A DNA stretch of 41,737 nt from an uncultured Spirochaetaceae bacterium (GTDB lineage: Bacteria > Spirochaetota > Spirochaetia > SZUA-6 > DRHE01), in the NCBI GenBank assembly GCA_964520025.1, contig CAZFMD010000003.1, positions 1 through 41,737 of the forward strand, given 5' to 3'. Made by a program: the position numbers and the translations under genes. Below, piece after piece: positions 33,471-41,737 of this stretch (its first letter is position 1; each line of letters begins with the position of its first letter). The notes under the pieces are model-generated. The model did not search any database and was not told the origin of the DNA. It was given only the letters and a program-made list of their open reading frames with translations.

Positions 33471-36400
33471 CGCCCGAGGTTCAGCGGTCGGGCCGCATCG
33501 GTTACCGCCCCGATCTTGACGGCGTAGCTGGACTTGCGTTCGATATCATCGTCTGTGACGATGTGGATGTCCAGGAGCCGTTCGCTGCGGATGCCGGTAC
33601 GCATGTAGTTTATCTCCGCGAGGCTCAGGCTCCAGCCGTCGAACCAGGCGAGCAATTCCCGCTTCTGCGCCTCGGTGCCCCGAAAGTGTACCAGCAGATC
33701 GATGTCACTGGCAGCGGTGGCCGTGGCGTTCTTGGTGCTGCCGATCACGTACAGCGCTTTCACCCCGAAACGTTCCGGGTCCAGCTCTCCGGCGATCCGT
33801 TCGGCCACCCGCATCCGCCATCTCCACTGCTCTCCACTCTGGTGGATCGGCTGTTCTCTGCCGATCTTCTCAGTCACGACCGGGCCTCGGTCGCTGCAGA
33901 AGTAGGCCATGGCCTGATCTACTTCGCCGTTCATGGCGATACACAGCACCTGGCCGTCGGTAACCTGGGGAACGTCGATCACCCGGATGATCTCCTGTAA
34001 GGCGGCAAATTCGGGAACCAGCTCTGCGAGTATATTTTTGCTTTCGGTGAGGAAGGATTCGTTGAACAGCACGCTCGGTTCATCGGGGTACAGGGGCAGG
34101 TAGCGGATCGAGGACTCCAGCAGATCCTGGAAGAAATGCGTGCCGAAGGAAAGATCCGGTACGTAGTTGCCCTTCTGCCGGGCGATTTCGATCAACACCG
34201 CCGTATTATTGATCTCCGAGTAGGTTACCGGAACGCCCAGTTTGACATCCCCCCGGCTGCCCCAGCGGCCCGGTCCCATGAGGATGAACTGTCTCTTGGG
34301 CAGCAGGGAGTTCAGGTGTCCGATGGCCCGGCCCACGTTCTTCAGCTGTTCCAGGGTTTGCAGGCCGCTGTAGCCTTCGGGATCAACGTAGACAATGTGG
34401 GTGATTTCAGGGACCAGGCCGTTGGAGACGTGCCTGCGGGCTGTGAACAGGATCTTCTCATTGCTCAGGTCCTTGGGAATCACCGCGGGGCGGATATCGG
34501 CGCTGCCACTCTGGGCGCGGCATTGCAGCAGATAGATCGTTTTATTATCCACTGCGAACTCGATGTCTACAGGCTTGCCGATTTTCTGCTGAAGCAGGTC
34601 CAGCAGGCTCTTCATCTCCCGGGCGAAGCTGGAGCCTGCGATCACCCCCTCGAAGGTGGATACCAATTCGTCCCTTTCGAAGTTCAAGGAGAGTCTGTTC
34701 TTTCTGCGCAGGAGCCCGTCCTGGTGCACGCTGACGATATTCTCGATGTTGGGGTATTGTTCCCCGGCTTCCCGAAGCAGCTTGCGGAGCTCAACGGTGG
34801 TGAAGCCGCCTTTCTTCAGATCGATCACGTCGATCTGACGGGGGGAGTAGTAGAGGGTCTCCTCGACCGTGGTGTTCACGTTCAGCCCGGGCTGCCCCGG
34901 GGCTACGAGCCTGGGGTAGTCATCGGCCAGGCGATCCACCGCCCGGGTTCCCAGGCCGGGCACCAGGCGAAGCAGACCGTCCTCCCTCCGGATCCGTGGC
35001 GACCAGCGGAACTCGTTGTGGCTGAAAGCCACCCCGGAGAATGCGGGAAAGAAGTATCGTCCCACCCGGCGGCCGATCACCTCCTGGATCATAATGCCCA
35101 TCTCCTCGTGGAAATGGATCAGGCCCCGCTCACGGCGATACTCGATCGGATCGGGAGAAAACACCGAGGCATACACCTCGGCGATCGCATCCATGAGGCC
35201 CTCCAGGCGCTGTTTCTTGGAACCCTGGTTGGCCAGGAAAAGGCTCTTGTACTTGCCGGAAAAAGCCGAACCCGTACGATCTTCCAGCAGACTCGAGCTG
35301 CGCACGATAATCGGATGCTTTCCCAGATCATCCAGACAGGCGGAAAGCCAGTTGATGATTTCCCCGGGAAACATCGAGTTTTTAAAGATCTGGACGATGT
35401 TCGGATACTCCTCGCGGATCTGCTCGATGGACTTGTACTTCTGCTCGAGGATCTCTTCCAGATCGTTGTAGTTGAGAAATGTTTGCAGCGTGTCAGAGGT
35501 GACGTACCAGGTCTTGGGCAGGCGGATCCGGCCCAGGTCGGGATTGTCCTTCGCATTACGCTTGAGGATCTGCTCGGCGACAAACAGTCCCGCACTCTTG
35601 CCGCCGAGTCGCCCGTGGCTGTTCTGGGGAAAAATCGTCCGTCTTAGAATATCGTAGAAGTCGTCGAGGTCCGCGTAGTCCTTGGCGATGTCGATGAAAT
35701 CCAGCTGTTCGGTAAACAGGCGATGGATCAACAGAACATTGATGTTCTGACGGGAATAGGGGGTGATTTCCACTTCCTCAGGTTTTATGAAGTGATAGCG
35801 GGCGATTGCATCCAGAAGATCCCCCAGGGAGGTATCCAGGTTCTCGAGGGTCTTGACCAGGAAACCCACTCTGTTTTCCTTGACCCATCTCTGGATCAGG
35901 TCCAGCATCTCCTCGTCACTGAGGTTTTGTTGAGCGATGGAGAAGATCTGGCGGGTCAGGTTGCCTTCGGTAAAGATGGCCCGCTTGCGGCTTGGCTTGT
36001 TGTCATTTAGGATTGTGTCCACGGCGTTGACCTGTCTCGGCGTAACGGTGCCCTCCTCACCCTCCAGGCTGACACTCTGCAGCAGCTCCCTGCCCTCTTC
36101 GATCCCGACCCAGCACAGGTAGTTCAGCATCTTGCGGGTGATTCTGGACAGCAGTTTGGTGTCGCTCTTCTCCAGCAGTTCGATTACGATCTGCCACTGT
36201 TTTTTTGTTTGAACGTCGAGCTGTCGCCGGGCATCGCTCCACTGATCAACCGCCGCCTTGAGCTTACGCTGGAAGAGGTAATGCCCCAGGCGGTCGGCTA
36301 TGGTGTTGAGCAGCTTCTGTTCCTCCGGCAGGAACGGATCCCGATCACCGGCTCGCCCGACCTCCGAGACGTAGCAGACCACGATCCGCCCGATTTCCTC

Positions 36401-36667
36401 TCCCTCCGTCACAACCGAGGCGCTCTGACAGCAGCGGCTGTTTTTGAACCCCTCGGTTTCGTATGTCCTGCCTTCCAGATTCAGATGAGCCCGGCACAGG
36501 GGCGAATACTGCCACCCGGAGGGGATGATCTCTACGATCTTCTGCAGCAGCTCCTCCAGGTCCGAATCGGTGTTGCCGAGAAGTTCTTCGATCTGGTACA
36601 GGCAGTTCAGCTCCCTGGCCCGCTCGGTCAGGTCGTCGATGATCTGCTTCCAGGGTTTTTCGTTCAT
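33467..36667 (-). CDS. Multidomain protein: GAF-like N-terminus, helical region, PPDK_N-type ATP-grasp (PEP/pyruvate-binding family), conserved GRWGS/GTHFF module, C-terminal pol-beta-type nucleotidyltransferase
   Basis: ATG 36667 overlaps the upstream stop (ATGA). PPDK_N motifs: GGKSAGL, IVRSSSLLEDRTGSAFSGKYKS, MGIMIQEVIG, DIEFAV...LLQCR. NTase motif: VIGSTKNATATAASDIDLLV. The tracked 1330-aa ORF extension is an off-frame overlap with the upstream gene. Confidence 0.75.
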   Translation of the reverse strand: MNEKPWKQIIDDLTERARELNCLYQIEELLGNTDSDLEELLQKIVEIIPSGWQYSPLCRAHLNLEGRTYETEGFKNSRCCQSASVVTEGEEIGRIVVCYVSEVGRAGDRDPFLPEEQKLLNTIADRLGHYLFQRKLKAAVDQWSDARRQLDVQTKKQWQIVIELLEKSDTKLLSRITRKMLNYLCWVGIEEGRELLQSVSLEGEEGTVTPRQVNAVDTILNDNKPSRKRAIFTEGNLTRQIFSIAQQNLSDEEMLDLIQRWVKENRVGFLVKTLENLDTSLGDLLDAIARYHFIKPEEVEITPYSRQNINVLLIHRLFTEQLDFIDIAKDYADLDDFYDILRRTIFPQNSHGRLGGKSAGLFVAEQILKRNAKDNPDLGRIRLPKTWYVTSDTLQTFLNYNDLEEILEQKYKSIEQIREEYPNIVQIFKNSMFPGEIINWLSACLDDLGKHPIIVRSSSLLEDRTGSAFSGKYKSLFLANQGSKKQRLEGLMDAIAEVYASVFSPDPIEYRRERGLIHFHEEMGIMIQEVIGRRVGRYFFPAFSGVAFSHNEFRWSPRIRREDGLLRLVPGLGTRAVDRLADDYPRLVAPGQPGLNVNTTVEETLYYSPRQIDVIDLKKGGFTTVELRKLLREAGEQYPNIENIVSVHQDGLLRRKNRLSLNFERDELVSTFEGVIAGSSFAREMKSLLDLLQQKIGKPVDIEFAVDNKTIYLLQCRAQSGSADIRPAVIPKDLSNEKILFTARRHVSNGLVPEITHIVYVDPEGYSGLQTLEQLKNVGRAIGHLNSLLPKRQFILMGPGRWGSRGDVKLGVPVTYSEINNTAVLIEIARQKGNYVPDLSFGTHFFQDLLESSIRYLPLYPDEPSVLFNESFLTESKNILAELVPEFAALQEIIRVIDVPQVTDGQVLCIAMNGEVDQAMAYFCSDRGPVVTEKIGREQPIHQSGEQWRWRMRVAERIAGELDPERFGVKALYVIGSTKNATATAASDIDLLVHFRGTEAQKRELLAWFDGWSLSLAEINYMRTGIRSERLLDIHIVTDDDIERKSSYAVKIGAVTDAARPLNLGR

Positions 36668-38463
36668 TCCAGGATCAATCCTTTCCCGCTCCTCCCGTCT
36701 ATCCGCACGGATAGAGGAGCGGCTGAGCGTACGTGCCGCAGGTGTTCGCTTTGCCGAATCACAGGCTGCTTCCGGAGCCATGCCCAATCGATCGGAAATG
36801 CTTGCGGATCGGATACGCTCAAGTACAGTATGCCGAGGGAGGTCATGTTGTGGAAGAAGTGGGAGCCCTGGCTGAGGTCCGGATTCATCTGTTCGAGCGT
36901 GGTCTCTACGATGACCCGCGCGCCGGAGATCTGGCCCCATTGTACCGGTACGCCCAGCCAGGGATCGGCGCTGCCCCAGCGGCCGAATCCGATCAGTATG
37001 TAGGGAACATGCTCCTCGATGAGGTGCGAATTGAAACGCTCCACTTCCATGGCTATCTCCCGCGTCTGCTCGGCACCGAAGGTCTCGGGTTGAAGGTAGA
37101 GGATGTCCCGAATGTCGTTCAGCACGCCGTTGCCCATGGCGCGCTCGGAGTAGATCAGCAGTTTTTCTTCGTCGAAATCCTCCAGGTCCACTACCGCCCC
37201 CTGGGAGGCCACGACCATCGGCCGCGTCTGAAGAAAACCGAAGCGGCTGTCCCGCTGCCGGTGCGGGTCGAAGGCCAGTGCGAACTCGATCTCTACCGCC
37301 TCTCCCGTTTCCTTCTCCGTCAGCCTCAGCAGCTCCTGCAGCAGCTCGTTGAGGGCGGCGATTCGGCCCTGCAGCAGAGGGGAAAAATCCACCAGGCGGG
37401 GCCCCCTGGCTGTGCCACCCATGCGCAGGCGATCGGAAGCCGCATCGTAGGTCGAACACACGTACCCGAGCGTGCCGTCCGCTTCGGCCTCTGCCAGGGA
37501 ACCGTCATAGAGGTACTCGGTCTCCCTGATCGGATCGTACTCCTTCGGTGTTCCCATGAACACCGACCAGAAGCGGGTCTGGGTGTTCTTCAGAAGGTCC
37601 GCGATCGAAGAGTACGGAGGCAGGGCCCGGGGCAGGGCGGGGCTGTAGCTCCACACCCGCCCCCCGTCCACGATGGTCTTCCCCAATCCCAGAGCCAGGT
37701 TTACCACCCCCTCCCGGGCATCGGCGTTGCCCATCGGATAGAAGTTGTACGAGCGGGCTACACCGGAGATTGTGGGGTAGTAGCGATCTGCGAAGCGGTA
37801 GCCGACCACCTCCTGAATGATCACCGCCATCCGTTCTTCCCTGATGTCTCTGCCGATGGCGCTGAAGTACTGCCGGGCGGCTCGATAGTAGGTGGAAGCG
37901 TAGACAACCTTGATCGCCTCCACCAGCCTGCGGAAGCGGCTCTCCGGGTCCGGTTGATTGTTGGGGATCATCTTGGTCTCATACACCCCGGCAAACGGCT
38001 GGTACAGGGAATCCTCTAAAAGACTTGAGGAGCGGATGGCCAGGGGTTCGTGAATGGAACCGATCAGGGACAGCAGATCTCCGACCACGGTGGGTGGGAG
38101 GTCGGCTTTCTGGAAGACATGAGCCTTGCGCTCGTCCTCCATCTCCGAGAGCGCCACCTCGTAGAGGTTGTTGAGCTTCATGAACTCCTCGAACACCCCG
38201 GTCAGCAGTACGGTCATGCGAGGGATCGAGATTCGGATATCCTGGAACAACCCTCCGGGAAAGGCACGGTCCAGGCTGGAGTTGATCGATACCAGGCCCG
38301 CCGCCTTGCCTCCGGTTTCTCCCTTGCCGATGTAGGTAAACTCATCCGCAGCCCCGCGCGCCTGCCGTGAGCTGCGTGAGCTACGCTTAAAGCGTACGAC
38401 GCCTTCCGGCGGAGAGCTAGGCTCCGCAGGTTCGGTTTTGGGTTTTTTCTCCGCTCCGGCCAT
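36664..38463 (-). CDS. PPDK_N-type ATP-grasp protein (PEP/pyruvate-binding family) with a GRWGS/GSHFF C-terminal module and no recognisable swivel or PEP-binding domain
   Basis: GGKAAGL, LAIRSSSLLEDSLYQPFAGVYETK, MAVIIQEVVG, VEIEFALAF...FLQTRP. C-terminal GFGRWGSADPWLGVPV...LSQGSHFF. Confidence 0.75.
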   Translation of the reverse strand: MAGAEKKPKTEPAEPSSPPEGVVRFKRSSRSSRQARGAADEFTYIGKGETGGKAAGLVSINSSLDRAFPGGLFQDIRISIPRMTVLLTGVFEEFMKLNNLYEVALSEMEDERKAHVFQKADLPPTVVGDLLSLIGSIHEPLAIRSSSLLEDSLYQPFAGVYETKMIPNNQPDPESRFRRLVEAIKVVYASTYYRAARQYFSAIGRDIREERMAVIIQEVVGYRFADRYYPTISGVARSYNFYPMGNADAREGVVNLALGLGKTIVDGGRVWSYSPALPRALPPYSSIADLLKNTQTRFWSVFMGTPKEYDPIRETEYLYDGSLAEAEADGTLGYVCSTYDAASDRLRMGGTARGPRLVDFSPLLQGRIAALNELLQELLRLTEKETGEAVEIEFALAFDPHRQRDSRFGFLQTRPMVVASQGAVVDLEDFDEEKLLIYSERAMGNGVLNDIRDILYLQPETFGAEQTREIAMEVERFNSHLIEEHVPYILIGFGRWGSADPWLGVPVQWGQISGARVIVETTLEQMNPDLSQGSHFFHNMTSLGILYLSVSDPQAFPIDWAWLRKQPVIRQSEHLRHVRSAAPLSVRIDGRSGKGLILE

Positions 38464-38531
38464 ATCAACCTATAGTATACGTCCACAGCGGTTGATGTTG
38501 GAAGGGGGGCGGGGGCGCCCCGGTCGGGTCT

Positions 38532-39818
38532 CTACACCCAACCCCGTTCCCGGCAGGACTGGGCTACCCGGTTGATGGCGATCACGTAGGCGGCGTCGCG
38601 CATGTAAAGCTCTTTGCTGCGAGCCAACTCGGATACGTCCAAAAATGCACCTGTCATGCGCGTGTCGAGCCTGCCCAGTACCTCGTCCTTTTCCCAGAAG
38701 TAGTTCATATTGCACTGCACCTGCTCAAAATAGCTGCAGGTCACTCCTCCGGCGTTGGCCAGGAAATCGGGAATAACGAAGATTTTACGTTTGCGGATGG
38801 CCTGATCCGCTTCCGGTGTGGTGGGACCGTTGGCTCCTTCGGCGATCACCTTCACCGAAGAGGGTATCTTGTCGACGTTTTCCCCGTTGATCTGATTCTC
38901 CAGGGCGCAGGGAAGAAGAAGGTCCACCTCTTGCTCCAGCCAGGCCTCCCCCGGAAGCACCTCGTAGCCCGCCTCTTGGGCTTTGTCTTTGTCGATGCCA
39001 CCGTATCTGTCTGTGATCTCGAGCAACTGATCCAGGTCGATCCCTTGCTTGCGGCGATAGCTGTAGGACTTCTGATCATTCTGATCCCAGCAGGCCACGC
39101 AGGTTACGGTACCGCCGAGCTGCTGGTACAGACGTATGGCGTAGCGGCCCACGTTTCCGAATCCCTGCACGCTGGCGGTTGTCGATTCGATGCGGATGTC
39201 GAGTTCTTTGAGAGCCTCCCGGACCGTGAAGATGATCCCGTAGCCGGTGGCTTCGGTTCTGCCCAACGAACCGCCCATGCCCACGGGCTTGCCGGTGATC
39301 ACTCCCGGATACCTGCCCCCGGTAATGGTCTCGTATTCGTCCAGCATCCAGAGCATGTGCTGGGCGTTGGTCATCACGTCCGGAGCGGGAACATCCCGCA
39401 CCGGCCCGATATCCCGGGCCAGCTGCCGGATCCAGCCCCGGCAGATCTGTTCCTGCTCCCGGAGACTCAGGTTGTGGGGATCACAGATCACCCCCCCCTT
39501 GCCTCCGCCCAGGGGAATATCCACCACCGAGCACTTCCAGGTCATCCACATGGCCAGGGCGCGCACGCCATCGGCGGTTTCCAGGGGGTGGAAACGGATT
39601 CCTCCCTTGGCCGGTCCCCGAGCATCGTTGTGCTGGATGCGGAAGCCCCGAAAGACCCGGGCGCTGCCGTCGTCCATGCGCACCGGGATCGCGATGTGGT
39701 ACTCCCGCACGGGAAAACGCAGAAGATCGCGCGTAGATTGTTCCAGTTCGAGTATGTCCGCCACCTGATCGAACTGCTTCTGGGCCATGTGAAAGGGGTT
39801 GTAAGCTGGTTTCGCCAT
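38532..39818 (-). CDS. gdhA: Glutamate dehydrogenase
   Basis: ATG 39818 lies 8 nt after GGAGG. GPAKGGIRFHP, catalytic loop IPLGGGKGG, dinucleotide fold VQGFGNVG. Confidence 0.9.
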   Translation of the reverse strand: MAKPAYNPFHMAQKQFDQVADILELEQSTRDLLRFPVREYHIAIPVRMDDGSARVFRGFRIQHNDARGPAKGGIRFHPLETADGVRALAMWMTWKCSVVDIPLGGGKGGVICDPHNLSLREQEQICRGWIRQLARDIGPVRDVPAPDVMTNAQHMLWMLDEYETITGGRYPGVITGKPVGMGGSLGRTEATGYGIIFTVREALKELDIRIESTTASVQGFGNVGRYAIRLYQQLGGTVTCVACWDQNDQKSYSYRRKQGIDLDQLLEITDRYGGIDKDKAQEAGYEVLPGEAWLEQEVDLLLPCALENQINGENVDKIPSSVKVIAEGANGPTTPEADQAIRKRKIFVIPDFLANAGGVTCSYFEQVQCNMNYFWEKDEVLGRLDTRMTGAFLDVSELARSKELYMRDAAYVIAINRVAQSCRERGWV

Positions 39819-39963
39819 TGACAATTCCTCCACTAATATTTCAACAAATATTTGAAAACCAATTTGAATTTATACCGCCCTGTTCTATTTGTCAAGAATA
39901 TATTCTGAACTTAGGCGCAGCGACTACAATATTGTCCGTGGTTTCTGCGTCTGTACTGACAGG

Positions 39964-40260
39964 ATGGCAAAGTTGTTTCGAGTGAGAGCAAGACTGACCC
40001 AAGGACCGGTGCTCTGTTTCGTGAATCGCAGCACGGAGAGCGGGAGTTATGCCCTGGATGAGGGTTTCAGCCGGGCAGAGGCAACCAGTCTCGAGAGGCT
40101 TCTGAAGAGCAGGAATCTGGAGTGCCGGATCCAGGAGATTTCCGCCGGTATCGCAGCTGATCGGCTGGCCTCTTGGAACATCATCGGGCCGCTAGTCGAA
40201 TTGGATCCGGGGGATGCGGATCGGCTGCCCTTCCGTGTGGTTGGCTGTTTGGAGCTTTGA
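39964..40260 (+). CDS. Hypothetical protein
   Basis: ORF only (tracked from TTG 39889; in-frame ATG 39964). No motif recognised and the RBS is weak. Confidence 0.3.
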   Translation: MAKLFRVRARLTQGPVLCFVNRSTESGSYALDEGFSRAEATSLERLLKSRNLECRIQEISAGIAADRLASWNIIGPLVELDPGDADRLPFRVVGCLEL

Positions 40261-40299
40261 GGCTACACTTGGCGGGTCGTCGGGTACCGGGGGGTGCAA

Positions 40300-41082
40300 A
40301 TGAAGCGAAAGGGAATTGGGAAAAGGGTCGGTCTTGCCCTTGGGGGCGGAGCGGCCAGAGGTTTGGCCCACATCGGTGTGTTGAAGGCGCTGGAGGAAGA
40401 ACAGATCGGCATTCACTGTGTCGCCGGCACCAGTGCGGGAAGTCTCATCGGCAGCCTGTATTGTGCCGGTATGAGCTGGATACAGATAAAAGAGACGGCC
40501 CAGGGTATCGACTGGGGCGATCTGGTAAGCCCCACCTGGCCCACCCTCGGAATCGTAAATGCCTCAAAATTAGAACGCACTCTGAACGGGCTGCTGCGGC
40601 GCAGGCGCTTCGAACAGCTGGATATTCCTTTTCGGGCCGTGGCCGTGGATATTGCCAGCGGGGAAGAGGTGGTGCTGAGCAGCGGACCGGTTGCCGTGGC
40701 CGTGCGGGCCAGCTGCAGCATACCCGGAATTTTCGAACCTACAGAGTTGGAGGGCCGCTTGCTGGTGGACGGGGGACTGGTAAACGACGTTCCCACCGAT
40801 GTGGTCAGCTCAATGGGGGCGGACGTGGTGGTCGGGGTCGATCTGAACGCCGACCGGGTGAACAGGAAGAGACCGGAAAACCTGGTCGAAATTTTTTTCC
40901 GCAGTCTGAACATCCTTATTCGCAACAGCGCGCAGAGAGCCAGACGGGTTGCCGATATCATGGTCGTGCCCCGGCTGGAGGGGTTCGCCTATCACGATCT
41001 CAAGAGGCTGGATGAGTTGATCGCGGAAGGAGAACGGGCCGCGCGGGAAATGATCGAAGAGCTGAAGAGTCTTACCTCCTAG
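40300..41082 (+). CDS. Patatin-like phospholipase (RssA-like)
   Basis: Oxyanion GGGAARG, nucleophile elbow GTSAG, catalytic DGG in VDGGLVNDVP. Confidence 0.85.
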   Translation: MKRKGIGKRVGLALGGGAARGLAHIGVLKALEEEQIGIHCVAGTSAGSLIGSLYCAGMSWIQIKETAQGIDWGDLVSPTWPTLGIVNASKLERTLNGLLRRRRFEQLDIPFRAVAVDIASGEEVVLSSGPVAVAVRASCSIPGIFEPTELEGRLLVDGGLVNDVPTDVVSSMGADVVVGVDLNADRVNRKRPENLVEIFFRSLNILIRNSAQRARRVADIMVVPRLEGFAYHDLKRLDELIAEGERAAREMIEELKSLTS

Positions 41083-41618
41083 TCTCTCTTCTCGTTTTGC
41101 GGCGCTCCTATCCGATACAGGTACAGGTGCAGCTGCTCATCCACAGCAACCAGGGGAAGAGTTGAAAACACGAACGTGTTGGCGATGATGCGCGTTCCCG
41201 GACGAAGCTCCCGGCGAAGCTTGTCCTTCAGTCTGTCGTTTGTGTCCTGTAGCAGGTAGGCGAACACCACGTCGGCTTCTCGAAGATCTACTGAGAACAG
41301 ATCCCCCCGGATGATCCTCACCTGTTTCCACAAGCCCATGAGAGTAACGCAGATCACACTCCAGAGATAGCGGGAAACATCCACTTCGATCCCAACGGCC
41401 CGGGCTCCGAACCTGCGGGCGGCTGCGATCAGCACCCGACCGTCACCGCAGCCCAAATCGTAAACAACCTCGCCGGCCTTGAGCTCTGCCATCCGGAGCA
41501 TGGTGTGCACAACCTGCCTGGAAGTTGGCACCCAGGGTGCGCCTTTGGAGTTGGTCGAGACCAGAGACATGAGAAAAACCATCACCAGGAAAAACAGGAT
41601 GGAGACGAGAATCTGCAT
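41079..41618 (-). CDS. Class I SAM-dependent methyltransferase with an N-terminal TM anchor
   Basis: VYDLGCGDGRVL motif I. N-terminal ILVSILFFLVMVFLMSLV. Its stop codon shares a CTAG with the convergent patatin stop. Confidence 0.75.
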   Translation of the reverse strand: MQILVSILFFLVMVFLMSLVSTNSKGAPWVPTSRQVVHTMLRMAELKAGEVVYDLGCGDGRVLIAAARRFGARAVGIEVDVSRYLWSVICVTLMGLWKQVRIIRGDLFSVDLREADVVFAYLLQDTNDRLKDKLRRELRPGTRIIANTFVFSTLPLVAVDEQLHLYLYRIGAPQNEKRD

Positions 41619-41737
41619 AGGTGCAGTTTCTCATGCAAAGGGCCGGAAGGGGAAGCCTCGGTGCTCGTGCATAGAGATTGGAGGAGCGCACAAACGTTGA
41701 TATCGATGGCAGGCGGCGGGGGGAGATCTGGGGCAGA

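Noticed and set aside
34136-35647. 503-aa plus-strand ORF (and the similar 36733..38019, 428 aa) opposite the PPDK_N genes
   Set aside because: These are antisense shadow ORFs with no motifs and no RBS. The minus-strand frames carry clear domain signatures.
36191-36200. GCCACTG, resembling the core of a cobalamin-riboswitch B12 box
   Set aside because: It lies inside gene B on the antisense strand, and no surrounding riboswitch architecture is present.
36668-37459. N-terminal 264-codon extension of the tracked 1330-aa ORF (33467..37459)
   Set aside because: The extension overlaps the 3' end of the PPDK_N gene in another frame, and its translation is Arg/Pro/Gly/Ala-rich junk. ATG 36667 forms an ATGA overlap with the upstream stop and begins recognisable sequence.
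38931-39821. 296-aa plus-strand ORF opposite gdh, and the 40173..41015 ORF (280 aa) overlapping the patatin gene in another frame
   Set aside because: The gdh and patatin frames have catalytic motifs. These alternative frames are Arg/Gly-rich with no signatures.
1-41737. Search for tRNA, rRNA, CRISPR repeats, IS elements, integrases and toxin-antitoxin pairs
   Set aside because: I saw no regularly spaced repeats, no cloverleaf-like or rRNA-like conserved segments, and no transposase or integrase motifs. This absence is by eye only and should be confirmed with tRNAscan-SE, Infernal, a CRISPR finder and ISfinder.

Overview
High-GC (about 58-60% by eye), densely coding bacterial chromosomal window with about 40 supportable CDS. 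I recognised no rRNA, tRNA, CRISPR array or transposase. Gene content points to a strict anaerobe: a 2-oxoacid:ferredoxin oxidoreductase, sigma-54 control, FeoAB, radical SAM, a RACo-like corrinoid activator, and DUF134/DUF5320/Fe-S P-loop ATPases. A Desulfobacterota/Syntrophia-like organism is an inference only. Gene order: two LysM-M23 peptidases and a beta-helix membrane protein; an NADH-oxidase-like flavoprotein/receiver/split-permease operon; a DUF134 + 2x DUF5320 operon; a methyltransferase + RACo-like gene pair divergent from a PAS sigma-54 activator; DUF1638 + DtxR; an MFS transporter; a sigma-54-driven aminotransferase/radical SAM/pyridoxal kinase/KaiC-like operon; DtxR-feoA-feoB-methyltransferase; DUF89; a CGGC protein; a ferredoxin plus a fused double Fe-S MinD-like ATPase; a lower-GC stretch (MFS, NAD-kinase-like, DUF6788); OFOR delta-alpha-beta/gamma; a Cys-rich protein; then the best candidate for an undescribed system; then gdh, a patatin-like lipase and a methyltransferase. 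The candidate system (32607-38463, minus strand) is a three-gene module joined by ATGA overlaps: a PPDK_N ATP-grasp protein, a 1066-aa GAF-like/PPDK_N/pol-beta-nucleotidyltransferase fusion, and a metallophosphoesterase. Second-tier signals: (1) an identical 12-bp palindrome, GAGAATATTCTC, sits at the same position inside two promoters 20 kb apart, with a related dyad at the DUF134 promoter; (2) two sigma-54 promoters share a TGCAA dyad with the promoter of the adjacent activator gene. All family names come from motif recall and need HMM or BLAST confirmation.
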